64,000 nucleotides of DNA from Eledone cirrhosa (GCA_964016885.1 OZ024742.1:254882001-254946000); one strand, 5' to 3'. Counted from the stretch's first letter, positions 12,541-25,239 are shown. Notes: generated by a model not told the origin, from the sequence alone. Numbers and translations: made by a program.

Positions 12541-14461
12541 TACTCTAATACTTCTTCTCTTCTCCCTCCCCCCTCACTTACTTTTCTTCCTCTCTTCCTT
12601 AGTTCATCTTATTTGTCCACAAACCAAGAACCCTGGGGTAGAACCTACTTAAGGCTTTTCACTATACCTAGCACAGCTTGACCCTATATAGGCACATACC
12701 CACACTAACCATGTTAGTATGGTTTATAAACACACCCATTGTGCGCTAGCTGATAGCACAATAGTCTGTCGAAAGACCAGAAAACACCGCTGCAGCTATA
12801 AAGCGGGTGAATTCGGCACCCGGGGTCTAGTTAACCTTAACCCTAAAGTGTTTAATAGATCTAACCTGGTATAGTGAACTATGGTAGCAAATCGTGTGGG
12901 CTGGGCGCCGCTGAATCGACCTAGCCCCAGGGGGAAGGGGAGGTTGATCGCCGAGGGCTTCGAGTCAAACAAAAGACTCGCCCCTAGCATCCCGTTGGAT
13001 TTTTAATGAATCCGCCCTTTATGACGCTAATTGCCTCCCATACTTTTCATACGTACACTACGACTTCCTGTGTTTATATTCAGACTACCGTTATGTGTTA
13101 CTAGCGAGAGACTAATCTTTGAAAGTTGGAGTTAGTTGAATAGGAATTGTGATCCAGCTTTGATGAATTATAGAACCACATTCTAGGCAGAGTGCAGCAC
13201 TGGATATTGAACTCCCGCCGACCCAGGAGGGGTCACACCCGACTGTGAATGGATTGCAACCTCCGGAGTCAATAATCTAAACGAAAACCACGTAGCGGAA
13301 ATATAAATAACATAGCTGTCATTGACAGGTTTGGCTGTGAGTTCTCGCCTCTATATATATCTATATATTCTAGAGAAATTTGCACTCACTATAATAAACC
13401 CGCCTATTATTATAACAATATATGCTCATTCTGCCATATGTGATTCTGGAAGCGGAGTTTCCTATATACACTTTTTCTCTATATGTAACGGGATAGCCAT
13501 CACGATTTGTATTTACTGTGGTACAATTGTATGCGGTGCAATACATTGGTTGAACGCCAACTTGGACATACAGTGAATTTCACCTGGCACGTTGGATTGA
13601 GCGACCGAATTTGAGGATTTTGGGGAATGCCAGTTTCTGCGGACCTGGCGTGTTTTCAATTTCCTCACATCTGTGCCGGCTGTATATGTGCCTTACATTT
13701 CTTTAACTCGTCGTACTTTCTTTTATTTTTTATTTTAGATTTTAGGTGTATATCCCAGACCGCCTATGGTGACAAATCCCCTGGGTATAGGTTTTGGAAA
13801 AATAGTGTTATCTCACTTAACGTTCGGAACTGGAACATATCGATGTGGTTCGTAGGGTGCGGATATAAGGAGAATCGACCTGTTACAAGGCGATATAATT
13901 GGAGTACACCATCCCTCATATGGACTATCATACATGTAAGGCTACATTACTGCTAACCAACTATTCTTTTCACAGACTCATGCTTGCAAACTCTCTTGAT
14001 CTGCCTGTGCACCCTCTTTTTGCACTGCTTGTGCTTTGATGCATATATGCTTTGCTTTGTCTTATATTTTTGGAGAGTTTCCGGGCTTTTTGTTCCTTTA
14101 TTGTTTTGTATTTTTATATTTATCTCTTTTCTTATCCCTGTATTTTTGTACTTTTTTTATTATTATATTTTTTTATTACTTTCTTATTGCTTCTGATCAT
14201 GCTGAGTAATACCCTCACTCATCCCTTGCTACCCTCTCCCAACCTCTTTATCATCTATTGCACCATTTAAGTGATACATTTTTGGTGTAATTTTTTATTT
14301 TTTATTTTTAAATTTTTAAAACATTTTATGACATTATGTGCATCATGTATTCTGTCTTTTTCCATATAGCGCTGGTCTCGGGACCCCCTGCTGGTCCTTT
14401 AACCGTGTTCTGGTGACGCAGCTCGATGGAGCATGTAACTACTGATATACTCATGTTTTTA

Positions 14462-14508
14462 GGCTCTGATGATTCCTTCCATGGTGTATGAATGAAATAC
14501 TGTTAGCT
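14462..14508 (+). ncRNA. Type I hammerhead motif, partly decayed
   Basis: GGCT-CTGATGA-TTC...GAAT-GAAA-TACTG-TT-AGCT. Confidence 0.5.
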
Positions 14509-15325
14509 AATAAAACAATGTATTTCTACCTTTCATCTAACCAGGATGTATTCGATAAAAATGTGACCTTTTATATAATATTACAAACATACAACCCAAT
14601 ATTACCAACAAACACCAAATTTCTTATGTTTTAAATAAGATTGATAATTTTCACTAACACATTTATCGTAAAATTGTATTCTCCTTAGATTTTAACATTA
14701 GCATTATTGTTTAATAACATCAAATTTTCGTGTACCTTTCACTGGCTTGACCTATTTTCATCCCCAAAGTAATCTTTTCATTCAAAATACTCTTTTCATT
14801 CAAAAATGAAATCTGCATTCCTCTATCCCTAAATTAAATTTCTACTACTACTATGCTATCAACTTGACCACTTACTACTTTTCTATTGGTCAATTCAAAA
14901 CCTGTTCCCAAACAGACCTATTATATTAAATCTTTGTTGGTTTTTTTCAATAAACAAATATCATTATTTCTGAAGACAGCATATATATGTGTAGGTATGT
15001 ATATTCCCCCTGATAGTTTGTAAACTTTTTACATAGATGTATATGATATACATACCAACAGAAACGATCGTAAAATGATGAATTTTTTAATATAAGGAAC
15101 AGTTTCTTTGTTTTTATTCATTATTTTTCTTAATTTATATATATATATATATATATAATTAGAATTGGTGCTCTGAAATAGCGATATATATATATGAATG
15201 TATATATAGTGTATTTTGCAATACACTGTATGCTTAATTAAAAGCATTTCGAAGACCTTACGCTATTGTTTTAGAGTAGTGCCAGTCTCACTTACTTTAA
15301 ATTTTCAGCAAACAAGGGGAGATAA

Positions 15326-15370
15326 AGCTGACAGAGCTCTGTTTCGTACTTTTTGGTACTTATCAAAGCT
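15326..15370 (-). ncRNA. Minimal type I hammerhead ribozyme, U3-A8 variant
   Basis: AGCT-TTGATAA-GTAC-CAAAAA-GTAC-GAA-ACAGAGCTCTGT-C-AGCT. Confidence 0.85.
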
Positions 15371-15646
15371 AAGTACTTCACCTGTTTGCTGAAAATCATG
15401 AATGTTTGATTCTTATAGAATTCTAGTAATAATCAGGAACTGATTATACAGAGCGGTTGCCGGTCAAGCAGATATTGAAAATTAGAATTGGTGCTCTGAA
15501 ATAGCGATATATATATGAATGTATATATAGTGTATTGTGCAATACACTGTATGCTTAATGAAAAGCATTTCGAAGACCTAAAGCTATTGTTTTAGAGTAG
15601 TGACAGTCTCACTTACTATATATTTTCAGCAAACTAGGGGAGATAA

Positions 15647-15691
15647 AGCTGACAGAGCTCTGTTTCGTACTTTTTGGTACTTATCAAAGCT
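15647..15691 (-). ncRNA. Minimal type I hammerhead ribozyme, U3-A8 variant (copy 2)
   Basis: Same motif 321 bp from copy 1. Confidence 0.85.
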
Positions 15692-15952
15692 AAGTACTCA
15701 ACTTGTTTGATGAAAATCATGAATGCTTTTAGTTAAGCATGTATACACTGTATGCTTTTAGTTAAGCATACAGTGTATTGCACAATACACTATATATACA
15801 TTCATATATATATATCGCTATTTCAGTGAACCAATTCTAAATTTCAATGTCTGCTTGACCGGCAACTGGTCTGTATAATCAGTTCCTGATTATTACTAGA
15901 ATTCTATAAGACTCAAACATTCATGATTTTCAGCAAACAGGTGGAGTACTTT

Positions 15953-15995
15953 GCTTTGATAAGTACCAAAAAGTACGAAACAGAGCTCTGTCAGC
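15953..15995 (+). ncRNA. Minimal type I hammerhead ribozyme, U3-A8 variant (copy 3)
   Basis: GCT-TTGATAA-GTAC-CAAAAA-GTAC-GAA-ACAGAGCTCTGT-C-AGC; predicted cleavage after 15992. Confidence 0.8.
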
Positions 15996-16122
15996 TTTAT
16001 CTCCCTTGTTTGCTGAACATCTAAAGTAAGTGAGACTGTCACTACTCTAAAACAATAGCGTAAGGTCTTTGAAATGCTTTTAATTAAGCATACAGTGTAT
16101 TGCAAAATACATTATATATACA

Positions 16123-16158
<36 letters not shown>

Positions 16159-16160
<2 letters not shown>

Positions 16161-16645
16161 CTCTGGTTTTTTAACTATTGAGCGCTTGCCAGCATAAATC
16201 TGATTTTGCGTTTCGTTTTGCTTTTTCTACCCGCCGAAATGCGATTCTCGCTGAATTTATATTTGTATTAATCTCCCGTGTCTTATAATTAACCTGTTAA
16301 TAATTCTATTGACAGATTAATTGCATGAGTTTATTTTAAAACTACCCGATTGAGTGTTTATTCGATTTGAGCTGTTTATGCAATTTTTTGCATGATTTAC
16401 ACATACTGAATTCATTGGCCAAAATCTGGGGTTTTCCCCTTGTGAGTTACACATGTGCTTTTACAAAGCTCTGCGTCATTCAAAAAGTTGGCGCAGAGTA
16501 AAATACCTGTTGATAACGTGATATTCCTTGTTCGATCATTATACCAAAAGTTTATAGTTTTAAGCAGACAGTATTATTGATTTAGGTGTCATAGAAACCC
16601 TGCATTTGGTTTTTACCATCAATTCCAATGGGTCCAGGTCGGATA

Positions 16646-16701
<56 letters not shown>

Positions 16702-16896
16702 TTTATCATTTATTGTGTTTGACCTGTTTAGCTTGACTTATGTTTTGGCTTAGGTGGTTAATGCCTTCAGTTTTGTATGGCGTTTTAACATATATGTTTA
16801 GCTCTGTTATTTTTAACTATGGAGCGCTTGCCAGCATAACTCTGATTTTGCGTTTCGTTTCGCTTCTTCTACCCGCCGAAATGCGATTCTCGCTGA

Positions 16897-16900
<4 letters not shown>
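16159..16900. repeat. About 100-bp direct repeats (16159-16260, 16800-16900) bounding a (TA)n-flanked element
   Basis: AGCTCTG...GAGCGCTTGCCAGCAT...CTCGCTGAATTTAT is present twice. Confidence 0.8.
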
Positions 16901-16934
<34 letters not shown>

Positions 16935-17293
16935 TATATAAATGGCAATTTCTGTCTGTCTGTATATCTGTGTGCATAACCAGTTGGCACCTACACCAGT
17001 GATCGGATCCTGATGACACACACATGTTTAGCTAATATTCACAAACAGGACTGGCTTATTGGATTTCAATAAAAATTAATAATGGAATCCCTGGGAACAT
17101 CTTGGAAGAAGAAAGAAATACAATACAATGGAAGAAGAAAGAAAAGGCGTTTCAGTGAAAGAGGGGGAAGAGGAGGTACTACTACTGTATGTAAAATACC
17201 TCCTCCCACAACTCAGTCCTCCAAATCGAGGCAACAACTTATTAGAAATATACATAAATAAATTTCAAACAAAGCAGACGACAATCTAATTTT

Positions 17294-17328
<35 letters not shown>

Positions 17329-17849
17329 GGGTTAGAGTATCGTAGGAGAGGATGAAACGGAGAGATACAAAGAGGTGCGATACAGAATACTAAATGCCAA
17401 TAGCCGAAGCCTTGTGCTCGATGCTTCGGTTAGCAGGGTTATATATTAGAGGAGATTAATATTTAGCGTAGGGTTTAAGCAGAGCTGGAATAAGCAAATG
17501 AATGAGTGAATGAAAGGGTTACAAGCCGTTAAAACATTTCTTTATATATATATGTTTTATGACACTATCAGCCGTCTATTGTTTTCCCAACAAGACACTG
17601 CACAATTTCTTCTGAGTTGGACCCACCCTGCTAATGTTAAATAAAATGTTTCGCATAGCTGGTGTTGGTCAAAATTAACCAAGTGACATCCAGCAGGCAC
17701 CGGGTATTACCTCCCTTAGCGAGTTATGTCCCTTTCACCGGGGACATCGTGTTTATTATTTTCGAACAGAATGCTGGGGGGAGGGGGCGTGAAGTTGTGA
17801 TAATCTCTCAACGGTAATTATAATTACGGACATAACTATTGGAATTTCT

Positions 17850-17889
17850 ACCTCTGATGAGCCCTTCTGGACGAAACGCGTGTAAGAGT
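17850..17889 (+). ncRNA. Minimal type I hammerhead with canonical core
   Basis: ACCT-CTGATGA-GCCC-TTCT-GGAC-GAAAC-GCGT-GTA-AGAGT; one stem II mismatch and a bulged stem I. Confidence 0.7.
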
Positions 17890-18319
17890 TATATAAAGAA
17901 ATGTTTTAAGGGCTTGTAACTCTTTCATTCACTTGTAGCAAGCTACTTTCCTTTGGCGCATTGATACCAGCCAATCGCATTTGGCGCATTGATATCAGCC
18001 AATCGCTACCAGCGTAGGGAAATGTATCTCAAGTTCCGCCCAAATGGAGAAATTCACGCTTCCTTTCGAAAAACGCTTTCTCTTGCAGATCGACACCGTT
18101 AAGATAAAACACCTCTTGATTTCGTTCCTCAAGCATAAACAATATGTAACGACAAAACATCACTACGGGTCTGGTTAACGCCTCAGCCAGTTGACCGTAG
18201 CTTCTCAAACCTTAATTTTGTTTGTTCATTTCTTTTGACATGCCAGCCCAGCTAACGTAGCTCTTCTCGCAATCTTTGTTAATAAATTATATTAAAACAT
18301 TTTAAAAAATCTTTGTTTA

Positions 18320-18680
18320 ATAATGGCACTGTCGGCTGGTGCGTCTTCCGCGGGCTCTCTCGTCCTCCGTAGGTCTTCAGTCGTTCATGAGAGTACAGAA
18401 CTTCCTACCGGCGGAGACAGAAGTGCGGTTCAGAATTCCTTTTTTCTTTCTTTGTTGTACACTGTTATACGTAGCTGCCTGAAACAGGTCGCTAATTAAG
18501 TCCTTGACGCTTGATCTTAAGGAAGCTGCAATGGCACTCAGAAAAAGATGGCACTGTCTAGAGTCGGAAGATATATTATGTGCTAGGAAAAACGATTCCA
18601 TCTGTGCAAGCCAGATCCGTACATCACCGCCCAACGCCGGTAGTGAATTACTTGCCATTTCCGATGGTGATATAAGGACT
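18320..18680 (-). pseudogene. Gypsy Gag fragment
   Basis: LPALGGDVRIWLAQMESFF...VKDLI...Y...ILNRTSVS resembles the LPxFW..WFxQxExxF Gag N-terminus. Confidence 0.75.
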
Positions 18681-19454
18681 GCTTCCCAGGACTGAAAGAA
18701 AGAGGAGTTAGACTTTCGTAAACTTCACCGCAAATAATAACTGGATTATTCCTATTGTATAAAAATGACACACGGCAGTGACATAAAAAAACTATCTAAA
18801 TTGGTGACCCGACGCGCGAACATTTTCGAACTAAATGTTCCTCTAAAAAAAAAAAAGTAGTATTTTAAAAAAGAAAACAACATGCAAACCTTTCTTGTAT
18901 TGTATTGAATCAACACCATGTAAAAACTTTCTTGTTGATAACATGACATCACGTTTTTTACCTTCAATGAACCCATCTAAGAAAAACATTCTTTGAGGAA
19001 AAATTAGCTATTTTCAAAAATTATTGCGTGAGAAATTTTTTTTTCAATATGGCTTCCATTGACATCAACATCAACAAAATTGACAGCAGCAGCAGCAGCG
19101 ACAACATTGGTTAACCACTAACCATAAACACGGGAAAAACGATGTGGCAGCTTTATAGCCTTACCGACGCAACCCACCGCACCCTCGAATTATGGGATTA
19201 CAGCTTCAACTACGACCTACCAACAGATTCAACTTTTTGCTTTCTTTTCAAAACAACTTTAGCCATTTTTTCTGGCTGCAAGCACTTTCGGCAATTCATT
19301 GGGAGGCTGACAATTTCTCGCCTACCCATCAACTCCTTGCCAGAGCCTGCAAATATTGACTCACATTTTATGGCCGCATAACAGCCAGTCTTAGAGTCGT
19401 TGGATCTCTCTTCACCGGAATTAGCAATCGGCAAATGCAGATACCTGCCCGTAC

Positions 19455-19690
19455 ACAACTACTGGTAAACTACCATAACAGCTTCATCTACACAGCTCTA
19501 GTACTACATTTGCCATAACAGCTATACAACTCTGGTAAAACATGGACAACTTTATCACTGACAACAGCTACTAGTAAAACGATTACGATAATAGCTCTGG
19601 TACAACACTTACCATAACAACTACATAGCTCTGGTACAACATTTACCATAACAGCAACGCAGCTCTGGTAAAAGAATTACCATAACAACT
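19455..19690. repeat. About 34-bp minisatellite
   Basis: CTCTGGTACAACA.TTACCATAACA units at about 19530, 19595, 19629 and 19663. Confidence 0.8.
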
Positions 19691-20662
19691 AACATTTAAT
19701 GCAAGAACAGCAAATGTTCACCCATGTCAGACTTTATCCGTTTTCTGTTAGACCCCCGGTGGTCACGTATAAATAGCAAAGCAGCTAGTCATTTGACACA
19801 GCGGCTTAACAAGGCCTATAGCGCCTCATTTACAATTTTTCTTCTTGCATGCATTCTTTTGTTTAATTTTTTTATTGATGTGCTCTCTTTCAGCGTTTTC
19901 CTGCTGGTGATCAATGCTAACTCAATCTTATTTATCGTCCTTCCGGACTAAATGGGTGTTATTGTAGAAAGCTACTTTCCTTTGGCGCATTGATACCCTT
20001 TCCGTGCGTTGTTTGGCTGAGTTCAGCCAATCGCTACCAGCGTAGGGAAATGTATCTCAAGTTCCACCCAAATAGAGAGATTCACGCTTCCTTTCGAAAA
20101 ACTCTTTCTGTTGCAGCTCGACACCGTTAAGGTAAAACACCTCTTGATTTCATTCCTCCAGTATAAACAATATGTAACGACAAAACATCACTACGGGCCT
20201 GGCTAACGCCTCAACCAGTTGACCGTACCTTGTCAAACCTTAATTTTGTTTGTTCATTTCTTTTGGCATGCCAGCCCAGCTAACGTAGCTCTTCTCGCAA
20301 TCTTTGTTAATAAATTATATTAAAACGTTGTAAAGTCTTATGGTGTTATATACTACTAAAATGGTGAATAATACATGCTACTATATTGATAACATCAATA
20401 TCATCCTCTTATGTTATAAACTGCTTCACTGGTGACTTCTGTTGATACACAATACACAAATACAAATATTAACATTCTCACATATATATATTTATTTAAT
20501 ACTATCTTCACACTCATTCATTTGCTTATATATATTATCTTCGTATTTTTCCATTCTTTGCCAGGGAACGTTTCCACGAACCAAAGTATCGTCTTCCTGT
20601 CTTCCTTCGGTTGCAACGTTTTTCGAAATATTTACTTCTGCGTTCACAGATTGATCTTTTTT

Positions 20663-20713
20663 AGTTTCAGAAGATCCCGTTAAGGGTGAAAGCAGCGAGT
20701 TTTTGCTTAAACT
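20663..20713 (+). ncRNA. Hammerhead-like motif, U4A core variant
   Basis: AGTTT-CAGAAGA-T-CCC-GTTAA-GGG-T-GAA-AGCAG...TTGCT-T-AAACT. Confidence 0.65.
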
Positions 20714-20724
20714 TTAATCTGTTA

Positions 20725-20819
<95 letters not shown>

Positions 20820-20838
20820 CATATATACATATATATAT

Positions 20839-20933
<95 letters not shown>

Positions 20934-21001
20934 CATACATATATATATATATATATATACATACATATATATATATATATACATACATATATATATATAT
21001 A

Positions 21002-21222
21002 TGAAGGCGAGTGGCTGAATGGTTAGAGAATTAGATTCGCAATCGTAAGGTTCTGAGTTCGATTCCTGGACCAGGCGATGCGTGATGTCCTTGAGCAAGA
21101 CAGTTTATTTCACGTTGCTCCATCTACCTGGAGTTGCAACCGATAGATAGTATTAGCAATTTGAAAGACTAACGGAAACATTGTTCCCTCGGTCTGATTT
21201 GACGAAAGTCGATCGTTCCTTT
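21002..21222 (+). mobile_element. tRNA-derived SINE (CORE-like)
   Basis: TGGCTGAATGG A box, GAGTTCGATTCC B box, TCCTTGAGCAAG.CA.TTTATTTCAC core; sister copy at 25022-25239. Confidence 0.85.
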
Positions 21223-21418
21223 TTTTATATATATATATCAAAGGTATATATTGAGTTAGAAACTCAAAATAGTCTCTTACAAATGATAACAACGGCGGAA
21301 ATTTATGTTACAACTCAATATATAGATATATCAAAGGTATATATTGAGTTAGAAACTTAAAATAGTCTCCTACAATAAAATAGCTCTAGGAAAAAGATTT
21401 TTCCGAGCCATATATTAT

Positions 21419-22007
21419 TATTGAATATAAAAGAAAGATAAACACAGATATATACATATATGTGTTCAAATTGTAAGGGACCAAATTCGCTAAGATGAAA
21501 AATATACTAACTATGGGCAATAGGGTTTGCCAGACTCTATTTAAGAATAAATCAAGAAAATAAATACAAACCGGAATTGTGGTAACTACAAGACACCCAG
21601 ACCGCAATTTAATTGTGAAGAGAATTACCAATTCTTATTGCTCATCAGCGGGTGTAAAATTAGTAAACTCTTCACTTCTAAGTATATCAGAAAACTTAAT
21701 ATTGTGCGTATATAAAATAACGCAGATGTCATCAGAACCTAGCGTGTTTCACAAACTATTGAGTTAGAAACTCAAAATAGTAATGGTAATTCCCTTCACA
21801 ATTAAATTGCGAAACAGCATCACCAAACGCTGTCTGCGTATCTGGTAGTTACCACAATTCCGGGTTGTATTTTTTTTTCTTGATTTATTCTTAAATTGAG
21901 CCCTATTGCCCATACTTAGTATCTTTTTCACCTTAGCGAACCTGGTCCCTTATAATTTGAAAACATATATGTATATATCTGTGTTTATCTCTCTTTTATA
22001 TTCAATT
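21419..22007. repeat. Long imperfect inverted repeat (21419-21630 / 21785-22007)
   Basis: Arms are diverged reverse complements; the element abuts (TA)n. Confidence 0.85.
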
Positions 22008-22010
22008 ATG

Positions 22011-22075
<65 letters not shown>

Positions 22076-24041
22076 ATCCACTGATATGGATTCTGAACAC
22101 GTGCACACGCTTAGGTCACATTAAAGTCAACTGCAGGTATCGGTGATAAGTTACAAAAAAGTGTGATGATCAACGACTTGGAAGCTGGCTTACCATGAGA
22201 TTAATTCGAAGAATAAAACCCAAATCGTATGTTGACGAATATTCGTACTCTCGGGGCATGTTAATTGTAACATGCCGTCTTTGAGAGTAGAGTTTATTTT
22301 ATCGATATTTCGAGGTGTCGGGTCGTTGGAAGATTAACACGAAGTAAGATGTAACTTCTCCCCCATTATTGACACTTTGCAACAGTGAACGTTACAAAGC
22401 TCTCTTTAGGGCCAACACTTCTGATTGTTTATCCGACTTATTATGGTGTGTTTTCTCGGGTTATGTCTACTATAGGGGCAAAAGGGGATGATTTTATTGA
22501 ATTGCTTCAGTAATTCGAAGGGCTTTACAAACGGTGTTATACAGGGTGCTTGAAAAGTACCTGAATATGTTCACTCGGTTATAATTTCTTCAATAATTGC
22601 GATGACATCCTTAACTGTTCTGTGTTTGTTCGTGAGCGCTAAGGCAGTAAGTTTGTTATTCTTATACATAGATTTGTTGATTAAGTTCGATACTCTTCGA
22701 GCTCATACTTTCCCGGCTTATTCACTCTGAATGAAGAAAGCTATTGATAGTTCCACACAAAACACACCTAGCAAAGGTTGCTATTGAAATTCCAGTATAG
22801 GCACCCAGGTCGCTAGCATTTTCAGGCGCACTCTGGGAACTCCGAATAATCCCACCATTTCCGGTTATTACCGGGTACTGCAGCTAGTATATATATAAGT
22901 TAACGAGATATCGTTTAAGGTAATCCAAGTAGAGGTTATGAGTACTCTGTATCGAGAATCGTTTTAACGTTCGGCGTTGTTTGACTCAACAAGAATTTTT
23001 TTTAGTCGGGCGGCCGATTCAAGACAGTTCCTAGGTAAACGGTTCTTGGAGTAATAATAGAAAGTGAGTGAAGAATAAGGTGGATCGGCTGTACAATACG
23101 GTTTATTCAAAGTGTTAACAATTGTTTCATTAGTCCGGTGTGTCTAAAAATCGTTGTACGTAAGAAGCTACGCCACTCGATTATAATATCAGTCGATACC
23201 CGACCAAATCTTCAGAGTACTGATCTGCGTACATGATTCAGTGCGCTAGTATTTATAGACACATGGAAAAATAACAAGAATAAAAGCAATAATAATGATA
23301 ATAATATTAAGAGGGAGGTGCAGTGATGAGGGGGATAGTTGGATACAGGCATAAAACATAGTAATAATAATAACATGGATAAAAAGAAGAAATGTGGTAT
23401 GAAAAGTTGATACGATAAGGAAGTTAATAAAAAAAAAGCTACGGTAACTTGACAGTGTAATAAAATGGGATGAGATGAGGTGAAAGGATAATGGCGAGTG
23501 TCAAATAAAGTGGGGTGGGATGAATTAAGTAGATAAAACAGCGAAATATAAAATAAAAAGGTAATAACAGATGGGTAATTAGGATTGGGGTATTTCGAAA
23601 AGTATAATCTTAATGGAAGTGAAGATTGATGGTAATGTTTGATATATAGGGTGCTGGGTGTGTCTATAAAGAAAGTGTACTTAATCACTGAGGGAGCGTC
23701 GGTTTATCTTACGTCTGATTGGTCAAAAGTTCATTATTTTGCTTACTATTGGTAGATGTAGGGATCTTTCGCCCATATGTGGCTGACAGTCAATCGTAGT
23801 AAGGTGTAAAATTGGTTCGCTGGCGCCAGTATTGAAGGGTTTTAAATCCGGGGAGTTATGTTCTTTATATGGATAATGAGGTTGCCGGATCGAATCTTGT
23901 TCATCTAGGTTTCTAATTAAAAACATTACTAACGGCTTTGTGCTTACAGAAAATTGTCCGCACGATTTTGCTGTTAAGCATCGTTTTATTATATTGCAAA
24001 ATATGGAGTAATTCCATATTGCAGAGGAGTCCGCTCATTTA

Positions 24042-24079
<38 letters not shown>

Positions 24080-24083
<4 letters not shown>

Positions 24084-24709
24084 CTACTACTACTAAAACC
24101 GTGTGATTGTGTGCTTGTCTGTAATTTAATTGTTTCTACTTTAGGCACAAGGCCAGCAATTACCCAGTGCATTACTGGTACTTTATTTTATCGACCCCGT
24201 AAGGATGAAAGGCAAAGTCAACCTCGGCGGGATTTGAACTCAGATCATAAAGGGACGTAACTATGCCGGAAAGCATGGCGTCCGACCCTCTACCGATACT
24301 GCCAATCTACCGCCCTCTGTAATTTAATACAGCCAAAACAGCGCATAATTTGTTAATACTTTCAAAGCAAGTTGCCCCTGAAATGGGAATACAAATGGAA
24401 TAAAACAAGTTTCGCGTAAATCGGAGCACGGGCTCCCGAGATACGTGTTTTTCCGGGTACCTTCATAAATAGAGAGAGAAAGAGATAGTGGTCGTGAGAG
24501 TGTAGATTGAAAGTAAGCTATTGGGGTTGAATTGAAGTATAACAGGTGACTTCAAAGAATCGAATACAGCCTAACTGTATCTAACTCAAATTTGGTGACT
24601 GAATATGTCATATGTATCATACAACTTGTTATGACAGGATGTGTGTAGGAAATATTTCCTGCTAAATAGGAAGGGCTTCTAAGTGTGTGTGTGTATATAT
24701 ATATATATA

Positions 24710-24771
<62 letters not shown>

Positions 24772-24858
24772 TGTATGTGTGCGTGCGTATATATATATAT
24801 ATATATATGTGTGTGTATGCGTGTGTGTCTGTGACCAGTGTATATTGGTTACAGACAC

Positions 24859-24893
<35 letters not shown>

Positions 24894-24993
24894 CCTTCCA
24901 ATTTCATTTTACATTATAAACAAGTCCGTGAATATTTTAATTATTTAACATTTATTCTTCAGTAAACGTGACCCAACAGGTCACGGATGGTCT

Positions 24994-24995
<2 letters not shown>
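24080..24995 (+). mobile_element. Probable non-autonomous Helitron
   Basis: 5' TATACTACTAC...AAAACCGTGTG..TGTCTGT start; 3' hairpin CGTGACC-CAACA-GGTCACG just before the end; terminal CTAG degenerate. Confidence 0.5.
24131..24315 (-). mobile_element. Full-length tRNA-derived SINE with 13-bp TSD
   Basis: TCTGTAATTTAAT at 24118-24130 and 24316-24328; closely matches 58552-58742. Confidence 0.92.
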
Positions 24996-25021
<26 letters not shown>

Positions 25022-25024
<3 letters not shown>

Positions 25025-25239
25025 CGATCGACTTTCGTCAAATCGGACCGAGGAAACAATGTTTTAGTCGGTCTTTCCAGTTGCTAATACTATCTATCGG
25101 TCGCAACTCCGGGTAGAAGGAGCAACGTGAAATAAAGTGTCTTGCTCAAGGACATAACGCATCACCCGGTCCAGGAATCGAACTCACAGCCTCAAGATTG
25201 TGAATCCAATTCTCTAACCACTCAGCCATGCGCCTTCAC
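25022..25239 (-). mobile_element. tRNA-derived SINE (CORE-like)
   Basis: Reverse complement of the 21002-21222 family. Confidence 0.85.

Larger units (their letters stand above)
15158..16130. mobile_element. Retrozyme/pLTR-like element: tandem 321-bp units plus an inverted unit, in (TA)n
   Basis: 15158-15480 repeats at 15481-15725; 15757-16130 is the reverse complement; each unit holds a hammerhead. Confidence 0.85.
17935..20357 (+). mobile_element. Rearranged Gypsy LTR-retrotransposon relic
   Basis: Direct repeats starting TGTAG at 17935-18298 and 19963-20330; PBS-like TGGTGACCCGAC at about 18802; RNase H-like LAIFSGCKHFRQFI at about 19260-19300. Confidence 0.7.

Noticed and set aside
21002-21075. 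tRNA genes at A/B-box sequences
   Set aside because: No acceptor stem or cloverleaf; each runs into a SINE core and recurs as dispersed copies.
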